Origin: Octopus vulgaris | Lineage: Eukaryota | Assembly: GCA_951406725.2 (NCBI GenBank) | Contig: OX597831.1 | Location: 46,066,001-46,130,000, forward strand | DNA length: 64,000 bases | Reading direction: 5' to 3' | Shown: in pieces, positions 1-13,256 of the stretch | Position numbering within the stretch: the stretch's first letter is position 1 | How the letters are laid out: every line of letters starts with the position of its first letter | Translations under genes and position numbers: made by a program | Notes under the pieces: model-generated | Told to the model about the DNA's origin: nothing | The model's database searches: none | Seen by the model: the letters and a program-made list of their open reading frames with translations, nothing else

Positions 1-410
1 CAGTCCCGGACAAATCACCCACACCCGGATATGTCTCTGCAAACAATAACTCTCTTCTTGAATGGGCCTTGGTGCCCAAGTACTGAATTGAAAGACTTTG
101 CCCAGTGGTGCTATTAAGTTAGACATGGCCTGGGCCAATACTGGCCAAAACCTTTCTAAGTTATTCATATACACACACACACACATGTATGTATATGCAT
201 ACGTACATACATACATGCATACATACATATGGTTCCATGTAAAAAGTACCCAGTGAACTCTGTAAAGTGGTTGGCATTAGGAATGGTATCTAGCTATAGA
301 AACAATGCCAAAGCGAACAGTAGAGCTTGGCACAGTCTTCTGGTTTGCCAGCTCCTGTCAGACTGTCCAACTCATACCACTATGAAAAAGTGGATGTTAA
401 ACAGTGACAA

Positions 411-452
<42 letters not shown>

Positions 453-1289
453 CACTATCCGAATGAGGCTGATGCCAGCGCCGCCTGACTGGTGTACGTG
501 TCAGTGACACGTAAAATGTACCAACCGATCGTGGCCGTTTGCCAGCCTCCTCTGGTCCCTGTGCCGCTGTCACGTAAAAAGCACCCACTACACTCACAGA
601 GTGGTTGGCATTAGGAAGGGCATCCAGCTGTAGAATCACTGCCAGATCAGACTGGAGCCTGGTGCAGCCTCCTGGCTTTCCAGATCCCGGTCGAATCGTC
701 CAACCCATGCTAGCCTGGAAAACGGATGTTAAACGATGATGATGATGATATATTGCATATGTGTGTATGTATTTTCGTCTCCTCCTTGACATTGCATAAT
801 GATTGTAAAGTCAAACAAGCTAAGTCATTCATTTTCAATGTGCTGCAAAAACATGTCTGGCCATGGGGAAATATTACCTTGCTTGGAAACAGGTAAGGAT
901 TGCCGACAGGAAGGATATACGTAATAATATAGTACTTTCTCTTCCTCAGTCCACCATTTCATCTCATTTTCATTATGCTCATAGAAATAAGACAATTTTC
1001 TGTTCTCACAAAACTTATCTGTTGTGGGCTAATTTAATTTTTACTACATATTTGTTGTGGATAACCAATCCCCACTGCTGTTGGATTTACCTTCCATTTA
1101 AGATTCTTGGAAAGAAGCTGTCAAGTAGAATTGAAGGCAGTAACGTGAAAAGGAACTCTACATTTTAAACTTGATGTATTTAAAAGATTTGATGTGGGAA
1201 AGAAAATTAGATTGCCAAAACATTAAACCTTGCAACGTCTATAGTGGGAACAATATGTGACAACAGAGATGACCTTTCTGATAATGTGA

Positions 1290-1790
1290 GTAGAATATAT
1301 CCTCAAAAATACTTCTTTGCTCCAGCCATTGGATCAAGGCGTGATAGCTAACTTCAAGGCATATTATATAAGAACTTTCAAACAACTTACGAAAGCAATT
1401 GACAGGAAGGATAAACCTACAGTTAGAGATTTCTGAAAGAAATTCAACATAATGGATACTGTGGATAATATAGCTGAGTCATGGGATGAAGTGAAATCTT
1501 CAACTCTGAATGGTGGTTAGAGAAGCATACGGCCAGATTATATTACAAGTTTTCCTCAAGCAGAACATCTACATCAAATTCGATAAGATACTGTGACATT
1601 TGTAAAGGATGTAGGATTTGTAGGAGTTATAGAGACTATGTGACTGAGTTGCTAGTGTGCCAGAGAGAAAGTTTATCCAATGAGGAGTTGATGCTGTTAG
1701 AACAAGCTGAGAATACAGATGAGACAATGGAAGTTCCACTTACACTACTTAATTACTGCTAACGAGTTGGCGGATCTTTTCGGTTTATAA
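1290..1790 (+). mobile_element. pogo/Tigger transposase remnant (DDE domain)
   Basis: LQPLDQGVIANFKAYYIR at ~1320; stops and frameshifts downstream. Confidence 0.75.
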
Positions 1791-2190
1791 TAATAATGAA
1801 ATTATTGTATACAGTACTCAGGTGCACCACAACTTGTCAGAAAGTGCGTATAAAGTATATGCAGTAATGTACAAATGTCTGGAAAGCGAACAATGTATGA
1901 GTCAGATACATGCTTGTGTGTGTATGGAGGGGAGAAAATCAGGTGTAGTGTTGGCGAATCTCAGAAAGCATGAAAGTTTTGAAGGATGCAGTGCTCCGAC
2001 AACTAACAACTGATGCCAGCAGTTTGTTCCATGCTTCAGCAACTCTTAGCGTGAAAAAATGTTTCCTGAAGTCATGGGAGCTGTGCTGTTTTCTGACTTT
2101 GTAAATATGTCCACGGGTGTTAGACGGGTGGAGTTCGAAAAGGTGCTCAGAGTTATTGTTTGTAAGATGGTTGATAATTTTATGGGTTTG
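1790..2190 (-). mobile_element. CR1/L2-type LINE 3' end
   Basis: Near-identical to 12590-12950, which encodes FFTLRVAEAWNKLPASVV. Confidence 0.8.
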
Positions 2191-2997
2191 AATGGCAGTT
2201 TTTAAAAATAATTTCTACGTAACTGTTTCACCTCAATAGACGTCATTGATTGGTTGAAATTGCCAAAATTGAAGAAAATATCTTACAAATATCTTACAGA
2301 CTACAGAATTTTCTCAAGAAAGCCAAGAGAAAAAGATGTTTTATAAACACATTCTGCCAGTATACGAAGTTTAAAAGTGTTTAGTTACATAGAAATTATT
2401 TTAAAAATCTGCCGTTCAAACCGAAAAGATCCGAGTTGGCACTTAGAGAGGAAAGTCTACGAGCTTTTGCTGATAACGATCCTAATCATGAACGAAACAA
2501 AAATTACTGGAGGAAGTTACAATCGACTCAGTTCCTACACTAAGCTGTACAAAGAGATGATGCGTCATAAACAACAACTTTGGTTAAGGTTCTTCACTCT
2601 TCCAGCTGATGTCCGTGATAATGAATTATACGATAATAAACATTGTCCCTAATCCTTCTAGTAAGGCTCATTTCACCACCATCCCTCACACAATAGACAA
2701 CATCTTTTATGGTAAGAACGTACCCTTACGATATTACGACTCTTATTAATTCTCTAACATTTCTCTTGAAATGTTTTTGTTTTTGTATAACGTGTGTTTA
2801 GAAATTGATATTTTCATGTATAAAGGCGATCGTGTTGCTTGTTCTCTGTTGTTTTCTTGTGCTTCTGTATTTCTGAAAAAGTCCGTGGGAACACAATCTC
2901 ACTTGATATCAAAATTAATTTCGCATTATGGAATTTCGCGTTATGGCCAGATATTTAGGAACGCATTACTTCCATAAAGCAAGGGATTCCTGTATAA

Positions 2998-3380
2998 CCA
3001 GCAGTATCGCCCGGCGTTGCTCGGGTTTGTTTCGACCCTTTAGAATTGGAATTTTTGAAAAGTAAAAATTTTGCATTATGTAGCTTGTTATTTAAGTGAC
3101 CATTTTTCTGGTTGAAATACACCGAAAAATAGCGACACAGTAGTAAAAAAAATCATTAAAAATAGGGATTTTCATAGAAAAGAAGCACCTTTTTGATGTA
3201 GATAATTTTTGGTCTTAACATGGTCTTATTTGAATTTTTTCTTTTACGGAATGAAGAGCAAGCCTTCTTTTATCATACTCTCAATTTTGGTCAACTTGCG
3301 CCGCAGGGTCTCGGAGGAGATAGTGTTAGTTGAAGGCTACCAAACCTGCCATACGCAGACAACTTCAGCTTTACATATAT
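2998..3380 (-). mobile_element. Non-autonomous Helitron-like element
   Basis: ccagcagtatcgcccggcgttgctcggg terminus, same family as 14481. Confidence 0.65.
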
Positions 3381-4344
3381 ATTTCTTTACTACCCACAAG
3401 GTGCTAAACACGGAGGGAACAAACAAGGACAGACAAAGGAATTAAGTCGATTACATCGACCCCAGTGCGTAACTGGTACTTAATTCATCGACCCCGAAAG
3501 GATGAAAGGCAAAGTTTACCTCGGCGGAATTTGAACTCGGAACGTAACGACAGGCGAAATACGGCTACGCATTTCGCCCGGCGTGCTAACGTTTCTGCCA
3601 GCTCGCCGCCTTAGCTCTATATATCTATTATGATTACAGGTAGTTGACTAACAAACTATGATGTAGGGGAGGACGGGATGATCCAGCCAGAGCGGTGATA
3701 CCGTCTATGGATGACCAACTATATTACTCCAAATCCCACCTAACTGCTTTGTAGATCGAAACAGAAACCAACGTTACAAAGCGAATAATTTGATTTTTAG
3801 CCTTAAAAGTAAAAAAAAGTGCGAAACAGGTAAGTGCATGTTTCATCCTTATGCAGCATGGATATTAGATGTGAATTGTTAGCTCAGATATAGGTCTCCA
3901 CGCTTGCCATAGCCTTTCACACAGTGAACAGGGGTTGCAGCGGGTGCACCTGCACCCCTTGGAATTTTCAGGTGGTGCAAGATCAAAAGTTTCACCCCCC
4001 CACTACATAATTTTACCAGTTTCAGAAAATAGTGTCTAAAAAATTATCTGTATAAAGATGCTTGAAGCTGGATTTCGTTTCAAAGCAAAAACAAAAAAAA
4101 AAAACAAAAATAAATAAATAAAAGTGATGAAGCTGGGCTTAAAATTTCCAAGGGAATTTTATGACTAACCAACTTCTGAAGCAAAGTAGCGTCAAAATAA
4201 AAAAGTATATGACAACAACAACAAGAACAACATGACCAGCATCTGAATTCTAATTCTGACAAAAAAATAACTCCGAAATCTTGTCCTCTCTCTCTATCTG
4301 TCACCTCTCTCAAGTTCTTTGTAGTTGATGTCGCTAAAGACTGA

Positions 4345-4770
4345 CGACATCATCATCATCATTGTTCGACCGTGGTCGAGACAATGGAATTTACCATGCT
4401 ACGCCAGATTTCACGGTCTATCATGGCATTACGGAGGTCCTGTTGCTGGATGCCTGTATCCCTGGATATTACATCAGGGTAGGAGAGTGTGCGCCCTCTG
4501 GTATTGCGAGTAGATGGCTTCCAGAGGAGAAGAGTAGAAATTGCCTCTTTTTCAGCTCTACAACAATGTCCAGCAAACTGGACTCTCCTACCTTTCACAA
4601 GAGATGACACAGGTGGTAGTTTCCCCATATATTTGCATTTTGGTTGGATGGCGCCTCCACGAGAGATTTTGAGCTCTCATAAGGAGGCGAGTGTAGGTTC
4701 CATTCAACCGCCTCTCAAGCTTCTTTGATAACGTCCAGGTTTCTGAGCCATATAGTAGAATTGGTTCGGA
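4345..4770 (-). mobile_element. RTE-type LINE 3' end
   Basis: RRVQFAGHC...LLLWKP...DREIWR followed by a (GAT)n tail. Confidence 0.8.
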
Positions 4771-5619
4771 ATGGATTCGACTGTTTGACCACAGCCTAAA
4801 AATAAAGCCCTTTTAAAATTCTTTCAGTCATATCGGTTTTCTCATTTAGGTTATTAGGTCCAAAGTTTGACAAGGGAACAAAATGATTTATTTTTATCTT
4901 TGATATCTAATGCTCATTGTTAAATGCTTTGATATTTATTGCTCATTCGAAATACTAGTTCAGTTTAATAATAAAAAAAAAGGTTTTGAAAGGAAGCATA
5001 AAACTATAAATGATTGCAGACCAGCCCCGAATTTACCTAATTTGCGAAGAAATGTATTCGACAATTTCGGACTAATCTATATATAAAGGAAATGATATTA
5101 AAAGCATTACCTACCGTCATCCTGACGCGGTTAACCACGAAGATCACTTCAGAGGTGCTTTTTTTTTTCGCACATAAGTCTAACCCTAGCTGAAGCCAGC
5201 ACACGGGCTAATATGCTTTTAACAGGGGTCTTTAATTTTACTAATCTTAGCTGGTTCGATGATTATATCCAGCCTGGAACTAAGCAACTGAAGTGGAGAG
5301 ATATGAACCCTTTCCTCGATACAACAAAAGACTTTCCCATACAACAAATTATTACCCGTCCAGTTAGGGGAAAATAACATACTCGACTTTGTCTTTATTC
5401 ACAATGTCCAGGTTATTCCCACAGCTATTTCCAACCAAAGCATTATACAATTATCTGTATATGGTATAAAGATATATCCGACTCGCAGCATGGATTTCTA
5501 CCCCGAAGATCTTGCCTAACAAATTTTCTCCTTGAAGAATGGATTACAAGGACCATAGATGAAAAAGACTTGATGGGCGTGGTACTTTTAGACTTTTGAC
5601 TCCGCAAAGACGTTTGACT

Positions 5620-6375
5620 CCGTTAATCACTGACTTCTCTTGCGCAAACTTCGAGCATTCAAGATTCATCCAGTGGTGACTTTGTGGATTTCTTCCTTCC
5701 TGAGCTATCGAACCTTTCGGATGCAAATAAATGGAGATCTCTCCGCGGAGACGAATGCACGCAGCGTCGTTCCCCAGGGGTCGGTGCTGGGGCCAATACC
5801 TTTCCTTCTCTATATCAACGACCTGCCAGATTTTCTTGATTGAAGAGTTCTCCTATTTGCAGACGACGTCAAACTTGTTTCGCCTAGGAATCAATACGAC
5901 ATACTCCAGTCGTCGCTGAACTGATCTTGGAATTGGGCGGAAGAATGGAATCTGCCCTTGAACGTCTCGAAATGCAGTCATTTGCCAATAGGTTCACCTT
6001 CAAACTCTCCCTTGGCTATTGGCCACAAACATCAACATCTTAAGATGGTCACTGAAGAAAAGGATCTTGGCATAATGATCGATCCTACTTTCAAACCACC
6101 GCGGCAGGGTATCGAGGCGACGAACAAAGCCAGAAGGAATCTTTTCCTCATCCACCGAACCTTTGCCAACCTTTCAATGGACGTCTTTCGGCCTGTATGT
6201 ATCACCCTAGTTCGACCCATCCTCGAATATTGCATCCATACCTCAAACCCATATCTCCAGAAAGACATTCAGCACCTGGAACGGGTTCAGCACTTGGCCA
6301 CCCGAATGGGCGCGGGCTTGTCTAAGCTTGCGTAAGAGGAGCATCTCCAACGGCTGGCATTGCCTTCACTCGAAC
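5620..6375 (+). mobile_element. CR1/Jockey-clade LINE RT remnant
   Basis: VPQGSVLGP, LYINDL, FADD, EKDLG, LVRPILEY, LERVQ. Confidence 0.85.
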
Positions 6376-9138
6376 GACGGAAGGATAAAAGGTAAAGTTG
6401 ACCGTAGCGATACTTAGACTCAGAACATAGCCGGAAGAGGTGTTGCTAAGCATTTTGTTCGCCGTATTAACAGAATAATTTGCCATGCCGTGAGATTGAA
6501 ACCTGGGCCTTGTAATAGAATGAAAAGAGAACTTCTTAAACATTCTACAACACAGCATCTATAATTTATTAGAAGCACTGCAATCGCTTTAACAAAGTTC
6601 CAAATTTATAAACACATTAACTCTGTCGTTGTAACCGCAGTAGCGAAGGTGGTTATTCTTAGCTAATCAGTCATATGCAAGATCTATATATAGCTTTTTC
6701 ATTGCCCTCAACCATTATTTGACATTTCTTTCTCTGCAGGCAATCTATTCCGGTTTTTAAAAGCATTCTATACTGTATCCAATTCATAAGAATGCTAACT
6801 TTTATAATCCTGTTAACTGTCGACCTGTGGTTATTACATCCAACATCTCAAAGGTAATGGAAAACATTTGTAGCGTACGCTTAGTGAAATTCTCTCTCTC
6901 TCTCTGTTATATATACATGAATACGGACGTAGTAGATAACAGCTAGTCTTCGGCCACCCCTTTGGATCCTGTTGTGTCCACTACTCTAATTGGTTGGTAT
7001 TGGTGCACTTTTGTTTCTTGCTCTATTGCGCGCCAATATGCAACCAATTCAATAGCAGCCTTCTGATGTCACAAGAGACAGTCTCTTCCAAACATCCGGT
7101 GAGCCGATAGTACAGTATAAAATGCTAGCTTCAACACCATCTTTCGTCTTTCGGTTCCAGACCTTCTAAGGTCTAACTACTGTTCCAGCAACAACCACAA
7201 CAGCAGCCCACATGGAGACTCAACTTCGTGCAGCAGCACTCACGACCTCCATCTCTGTCGCCATCATCTTCTGAACGTCGTCAACTATATCTCTCTACGT
7301 ACACAGCAACCAGCAACACTCGCACAGGTCAATCTCCTCACAGTTTGTGAGTTACTTCACTATGGTTAACAGCAAGCACAACCTGCGAGAACTTCCTGCA
7401 TCAAGTGACCAGCAGCGGCATAGTAGCCACAACTTCTTACACGACATGTGCCTCAACTGACTCTGCTTCTTCGCCACAACTTCTTGTTACAGCACTTCAA
7501 CTATCGTGTACCTTTACTACGAACTGGTATTTATCATCCTTGTGTTTGAACATTCTTCTAGCGTCCTATTATAGACTCTTTCAATGCTCTATACTCATCG
7601 CACACGCATACACCCTTGTTTGTACACATACACTTTGTATACATGACGGCCTATCTATTATTATGCATATATGACGCACATACAGACACATATTAACCTA
7701 TCAATAAAATCTTCTCTAAACCTTCTACCGGTTGTGTCTATCTTTTCCCCACTGGTACTTATACTCATTTATCCCTTTTCGCATTTATTGTATCGATCAT
7801 GGAATGTACTAAAGGAACCAATCTCATCACCACTCCTTCGCACGGTGGTTCTACACATTCCTTTAGAAATGTTATAGTTGCTTTTCCATCTTCTCTAGCA
7901 ACTCGAGTCCATCCTATCTTCAGTAGATACTATTATAATGGGCACTTCTTTTTACGTTACACCACAATGGAGGTTTCTATAGCAGAAGTTTCGTAGAAGT
8001 ATTGTTGTAGCGCTTGAAAGCCGCATATCATTTAAGAGTATATGGCACAAGAACTTTCTTGCTACTTTGCTTGACTTTGGACCACATCAGATAATTTGGG
8101 TTGAGCTTCTCATTTACGTTGGAAACTTTGTCAGACCATAAAATTGACTCATGGGCTAACTGGGCTCTCTTTGACATTCTTTTGTCTCTGGTGTGCTACA
8201 AAGTCCTGTTTTCCCACCACACATTTCTTTCTGAACATTCGCGACATAATCCTAAATTCTAATGTTCCAGTATGGACGAAGACAAAACCAATGAAAGAAC
8301 ATTCTGTAAAAACATTCACAACTCTAATAATAATAATTGTCATTCGTATATTCGTTCCCATTACAACGTTCTGCCGATCATCACATCACATCAGCATTAT
8401 TTTGTTATGGGTCGTACTGCAGTCAATCAAATAGGTCTTAAACTGTCACTCCACTTAGCATCACTTCTAGGAAATCAAATTCCTCTACCAGAGTTTCTAC
8501 CCCATGGCAAGCAAGCATCTGAACTAAGTCTCTTGGGTTAAGATAAGTCGGTATCTTGACGCCCTGTTTCCCATTGCAGTCAGATGGAAGCCATAGGTTT
8601 TTCCCTTACTCCAACCGATCCCAGAGACACTACAAACGTCATGCATGCCGTCGTTACTCATCTGACTAAGCCACAAAACAAATCAAGAAGCTCATTATGC
8701 AATGTACATTTTAAAGATGGTGTGTGCTTTGAAATAGATTTGGTTGCTATTTATTAGAGACTGGTCAACTGAGTTTATGATCTCTCTCGCTCCTCCCCTC
8801 CTCTTCGTGCTCGTCTCGTTTCATCGTTGTTGTAGCTGTTATCTCGGAATTAACAAAGTATAGTCTTTGCTTCGTTGTACACTGAAAATATTTCGTGACT
8901 GTCAAATGTAATTTGATAAGATAACCTACAGTTACATATTCTGAACACTTTGTTTTTCTTTTAGCTTTTCACCGGAAACTTTGATTTGAAGGAAATATGC
9001 ATACCAGTCATTTAAGTGAAAAACTACTTGTTTAAATATATTTCATACTAGGAAGAACTTGTAGCCTTCCTTTAAGGAAATGTGTTCCACCCGTTAAAGA
9101 TTATAAATCGATAACTTTTGAAGAAATTCTGTATTTTA

Positions 9139-10182
9139 TTAATGGTCCGAATGGATAATTTTGCGAAATGCATTATTTAATTGAAAACGAAACTTTTGGC
9201 TGAAAAGTCCGTAAATACATGGGTTAAGAGCACAGCTGAGGTAAAAAGAACACAGTAAACCTTTGTAAAGGACTTTTTCTGTATGACTTGCATTTTCATT
9301 AAAAGCTTTAATGAAGAGCCTAAAGAATATTGCCGCAAAATGTGGAACATAACTGATGATCCAAATCAAGCTGATAGTGAACAGAACTAAATTTGTCCGA
9401 ACCGGGTGCATTGGTTTTCTTTTCTTTTTTGTAGGAGAAGTTTGAAGAAATGTATTTGTATAAAGACCTTTAGAGATCACTGAACTGATACAAAGTTTAT
9501 AAACTATATTTTTCTTTGCTTTGTAAATTTTCCAAATACGTATTCCAATCAATAAATATATAATCACGAGGGTAAGAAATACACTGCAGGCACCGCTCGT
9601 TAGGAAAATATAATAGCCGAAAACAAAATCTGAACTTTCAGACAGTGAGCATACTTCTCCAATATTTCCACAATGTTTGGCCATTCTTTTATTTTTGAAG
9701 AATACAAATGGTATTAGTGAAGTAGCAATAGCTGACGTGATTATTATGAGTGCTACAATTTTCTTTGATTTCTCAACAGAAATTTGATATTCAAGGGATC
9801 GGCATACACGTATATACCTATCGACTGATATAATGCATGTAATGAAAGCTGAATTGACTATTGCTGCAGACACAGTATAGCGCATTAAGCGACATGCAAT
9901 ATCACTGTGAAAAGTGAAAGAAAAATGAAGAATCACCAGTTCTATAGGTATGCATATTATGCAAGTTAGAAAATCGTTCACTGCGAGTGCTACAACGAAT
10001 ACTTGAGTGGAAGTAATCTCAAATCTATGATAGTATACATAAGCTACAATACAATTTCCAATTCCTCCAAATGTCATAGTAATTCCGAGAAATATTATTA
10101 CTGGAAAATAAATATCCACCATTTCAGCATTTAGTTCTTCCAAGATATTGGTACAATCGTCAACGCTATTGTTTTTACCCAT
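9139..10182 (-). CDS. Class A (rhodopsin-like) orphan GPCR, paralogue 1, 347 aa, single coding exon
   Basis: Intact ORF with 7 hydrophobic segments; TM1 GIGN, TM2 LAVND, TM3 CR...VDRY, ECL2 [10 protein letters not shown]7 NPCIY, helix 8 FR. ATG placed at 10182 (MGKNNS) by alignment to paralogues; the ORF-track start is a TTG upstream of the splice acceptor. Confidence 0.93.
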   Translation of the reverse strand: MGKNNSVDDCTNILEELNAEMVDIYFPVIIFLGITMTFGGIGNCIVAYVYYHRFEITSTQVFVVALAVNDFLTCIICIPIELVILHFSFTFHSDIACRLMRYTVSAAIVNSAFITCIISVDRYIRVCRSLEYQISVEKSKKIVALIIITSAIATSLIPFVFFKNKRMAKHCGNIGEVCSLSESSDFVFGYYIFLTSGACSVFLTLVIIYLLIGIRIWKIYKAKKNIVYKLCISSVISKGLYTNTFLQTSPTKKKRKPMHPVRTNLVLFTISLIWIISYVPHFAAIFFRLFIKAFNENASHTEKVLYKGLLCSFYLSCALNPCIYGLFSQKFRFQLNNAFRKIIHSDH

Positions 10183-10269
10183 TTTCTTCTTTTTCTCCGA
10201 ATTCTCTGAAATATCTAATGAAAATCTTGAAAATACTCTTTTGGTTTGCAATGATGTTTCTTGTGCTTT

Positions 10270-10290
10270 CTGAAAAGATAGAGAACACAA
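10270..10290 (-). promoter_or_regulatory. Putative 3' splice acceptor of 5'UTR intron, GPCR1
   Basis: Minus strand ...ttctctatcttttcAG, 87 nt before the ATG; same position in all four paralogues. Confidence 0.7.
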
Positions 10291-10722
10291 CTTGCATAAA
10301 TAAATATTTTAGCTAAATAAAAAACAACAAAAAACAACAACAACAACAACAAAAACAAAACAAAACAAAAACAAAAACAACATTGAAATATTAAGTGTTC
10401 CCCGAAAGATTAAATCAACGTGGATTTATAAAATAAGGAATGTATTTATCGAAGAAAAAGAGGAATTATTCAGAAGTTTTCTGAATGGATATCGATGTAT
10501 ATATATATGCAATGTGGTTATATATTAAATATCATATATCAACTAACAAGTAAAAAAAAAAAAAAAAAGCATATGCTTTCTTACTTGCATAGTATAACCC
10601 AAATAGGTGTACAGATTTGTAAGAGTTAGCACTTCCTTCTCTAAGCTTTGATTTCGAATCCGCCTAAAGGTTACTGTCCTGCATGATTTACTCACACACA
10701 CACACACACACACGCAAACATA

Positions 10723-10834
10723 TTCTTCTTTAATATGTATTCTGTACAAGCATTCTTTAATATGTATTCTGTATAAGCATCCTTTAATATGTATTCTGTA
10801 CAAGCATTCTTTAATATGTACTCTGTACAAGCAA
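10723..10834. repeat. 27-bp tandem repeat, ~4 units
   Basis: ttctttaatatgtattctgtacaagca repeated. Confidence 0.9.
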
Positions 10835-11303
10835 TGCGTAGCATTGCTTACAAATTGATATAATGTAAATAAATCTCTATTTTATCATAAAACAACTTAT
10901 GTATTTATTAATACATACACACATCCACTACAGATTCACTGACGCCTTGTTAAGTATCAGGCATCATTCAAACATTGAGAACAGATAGTATTCAAACTAA
11001 ATGTATATGTATGTAAGCGATATTATGACAATGAACTTAAAGTAGCTGATAAATATTCTTAAGTGGACAATGAATGTTTGATTTTGTATTGAGTGATTAT
11101 TATTTTACTTGGAGCAGGCATGGTTATCCTGTAGGAAAGTCTGCCTCATAATGTTCCTGGTTCGATCCCTCTTCGTACAATATGCTTTCTACGTTAGTTT
11201 CTTGTTCATCCATGTACTGTGAGTTAAACTGAAGGTCTACGTTTGAGGTGTTAAGTGTGTACATAGATATATACAATCACACACACACGCACACACACGC
11301 ACG

Positions 11304-11403
<100 letters not shown>

Positions 11404-11783
11404 TAATTACATACTTACACATGCTTTATGAAATGCCTCGAGATGACCAAAGGCGGATATCTTGTAAAAGTAAAATGCTATACACACATTTCTCGAGCTG
11501 ATATAGTCAATGTAGTCCAACTGGTCGTCGTCCCACTCAATAAACACTTCCTTAATAGAAGCGACCGTTATGAAAGCAAATGTTGCCTTCTTCAATGACA
11601 CGGTGTTATACACCCCTATATCTCTCGCAATAACAAGACTCTTTGTTCAATAACCAAAGGTTTTGCTACCTAATTTTTTGTATCATCGTTACCATCACTG
11701 TTTCATCTTGACGGTCTTGTAGGCAGTATTCTTGCAGCAACAAGAATATATAAAATTGTTTATTGCTTTCACTTCACGCCTAT

Positions 11784-11893
<110 letters not shown>

Positions 11894-12201
11894 ATCGAAC
11901 ACGTCAAAAAAGCATTATCGCACCTCGCACACACGCACACGCACACGCACTCACACAAACATACATACACACACACACACACGCACTCACACATACACTC
12001 GTATACACATGCAAGAAAGCTTCATCTCAACTTAGCCTTTTGCTCACTTATGTTTCGGCCACAAAACGCTCACCAACTGCGTCGGGGTTCCGGGTTCAGT
12101 CCCACCGCATGTCACCTTACAAAAGTGTCTTCTACTATAGTCTCAGGTCAACCAAAGCTTTGTGAGTCAATTTGGTAGACGGAAACTAAAAGAAGCCCCC
12201 C

Positions 12202-12234
<33 letters not shown>

Positions 12235-12589
12235 TGTATTTGTGTCCCACCATCGCTTGACAACCGGTGTTGGTGTGTTTATGTCCTCGTAACTTAGCAG
12301 TTTGGCAAAAGAGACCGATAGAATAAGTACTAGGCTTAAAGAAAGAAAAGTCCTAGGGTCGATATGTTCGACTAAAACCCTTCAAGGCGGTGTCCCAGCA
12401 TGGCCGCAGTCAGATGACTGAAACAAGTAAGAGAATAAAAGATAAAGATAAATTATTTGTAGGCAAGTGAAAGTTTCCATTCATCATGCCTTATGGCTAA
12501 TGAACCGAGAAATTATTAACTATTCGGTACTAACAAAGAAAAACAAAACAAAAACAAAAAACAAACAAACAAAAACCTACATTATATAT

Positions 12590-13256
12590 ATAATGAAATT
12601 ATTGTATACAGTGCTCAGGTGCACCACAACTTGTCAGAAAGTGCATATAGAGTACATGCAGTAATGTAGAAATGTCTGGAAAGTGAACATGCTTGTGTGT
12701 GTATGGAGGGGAGAAAATCAAGTGTAGTGTTGGCGAATCTCAGGAAGCATGGAAGTCTTGAAGGATGCAGTGCTCCGACAACTAACAACCGATGCCGGCA
12801 GTTTGTTCCACGCTTCAGCAACTCTCAGCGTGAAAAAATGTTTCCTGAAGTCATGGGAGCTGTGCTGTTTTCTTACTTTGTAAATATGTCCACGGGTGTT
12901 AGATGGGTGGAGTTTGAAGAGGTGCTCAGTGTTATTGTTTGTGCGATGGTTGATAGCTGGCAGAAACGTTAGCACGTCGGGTGAAATGCTTAGCGGTATT
13001 TCGTCTGCCGCTACGTTCTGAGTTCAAATTCCGCCGAGGTCGACTTTGCCTTTCATCCTTTCGGGGTCGATAAATTAAGTACCAGTTACGCACTGGGGTC
13101 GATGTAATCGACTTAATACCTATGTCTGTCCTTGTTTGTCCCCTCTGTGTTTAGCCCCTTGTGGGTAATAAAGAAATAGGTTGATAATTTTATGGGTGTC
13201 TGCCAGGTCAGCTGCCAGACGTCGGAGTTTCAATGTGTCCATGCCCAGGGAAGTAA
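12590..13256 (-). mobile_element. CR1/L2-type LINE 3' end interrupted by a SINE
   Basis: NTRGH...RKHFFTLRVAEAWNKLP motif. Confidence 0.8.
12956..13178 (+). mobile_element. tRNA-derived SINE family A (octopus-type), with TSD; other copies ~3385-3611 -, 39460-39688 +, 49140-49623 - (two), 50022-50437 - (tandem)
   Basis: B-box gagttcaaattcc; core gcctttcatcctttcggggtcga; TSD GGTTGATA (12948 and 13179); the empty site is visible in the paralogous CR1 at ~2170. Confidence 0.88.

Noticed and set aside
7750-8540. Possible decayed coding sequence upstream of the GPCR1 3' end
   Set aside because: Only short ORFs with no recognisable motif; cannot be assigned without a search.
10183-10290. N-terminal extensions of GPCR1-3 given by the ORF track
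   Set aside because: They start at TTG, and the homologous leader has stops or frameshifts in the paralogues, so it is 5'UTR.
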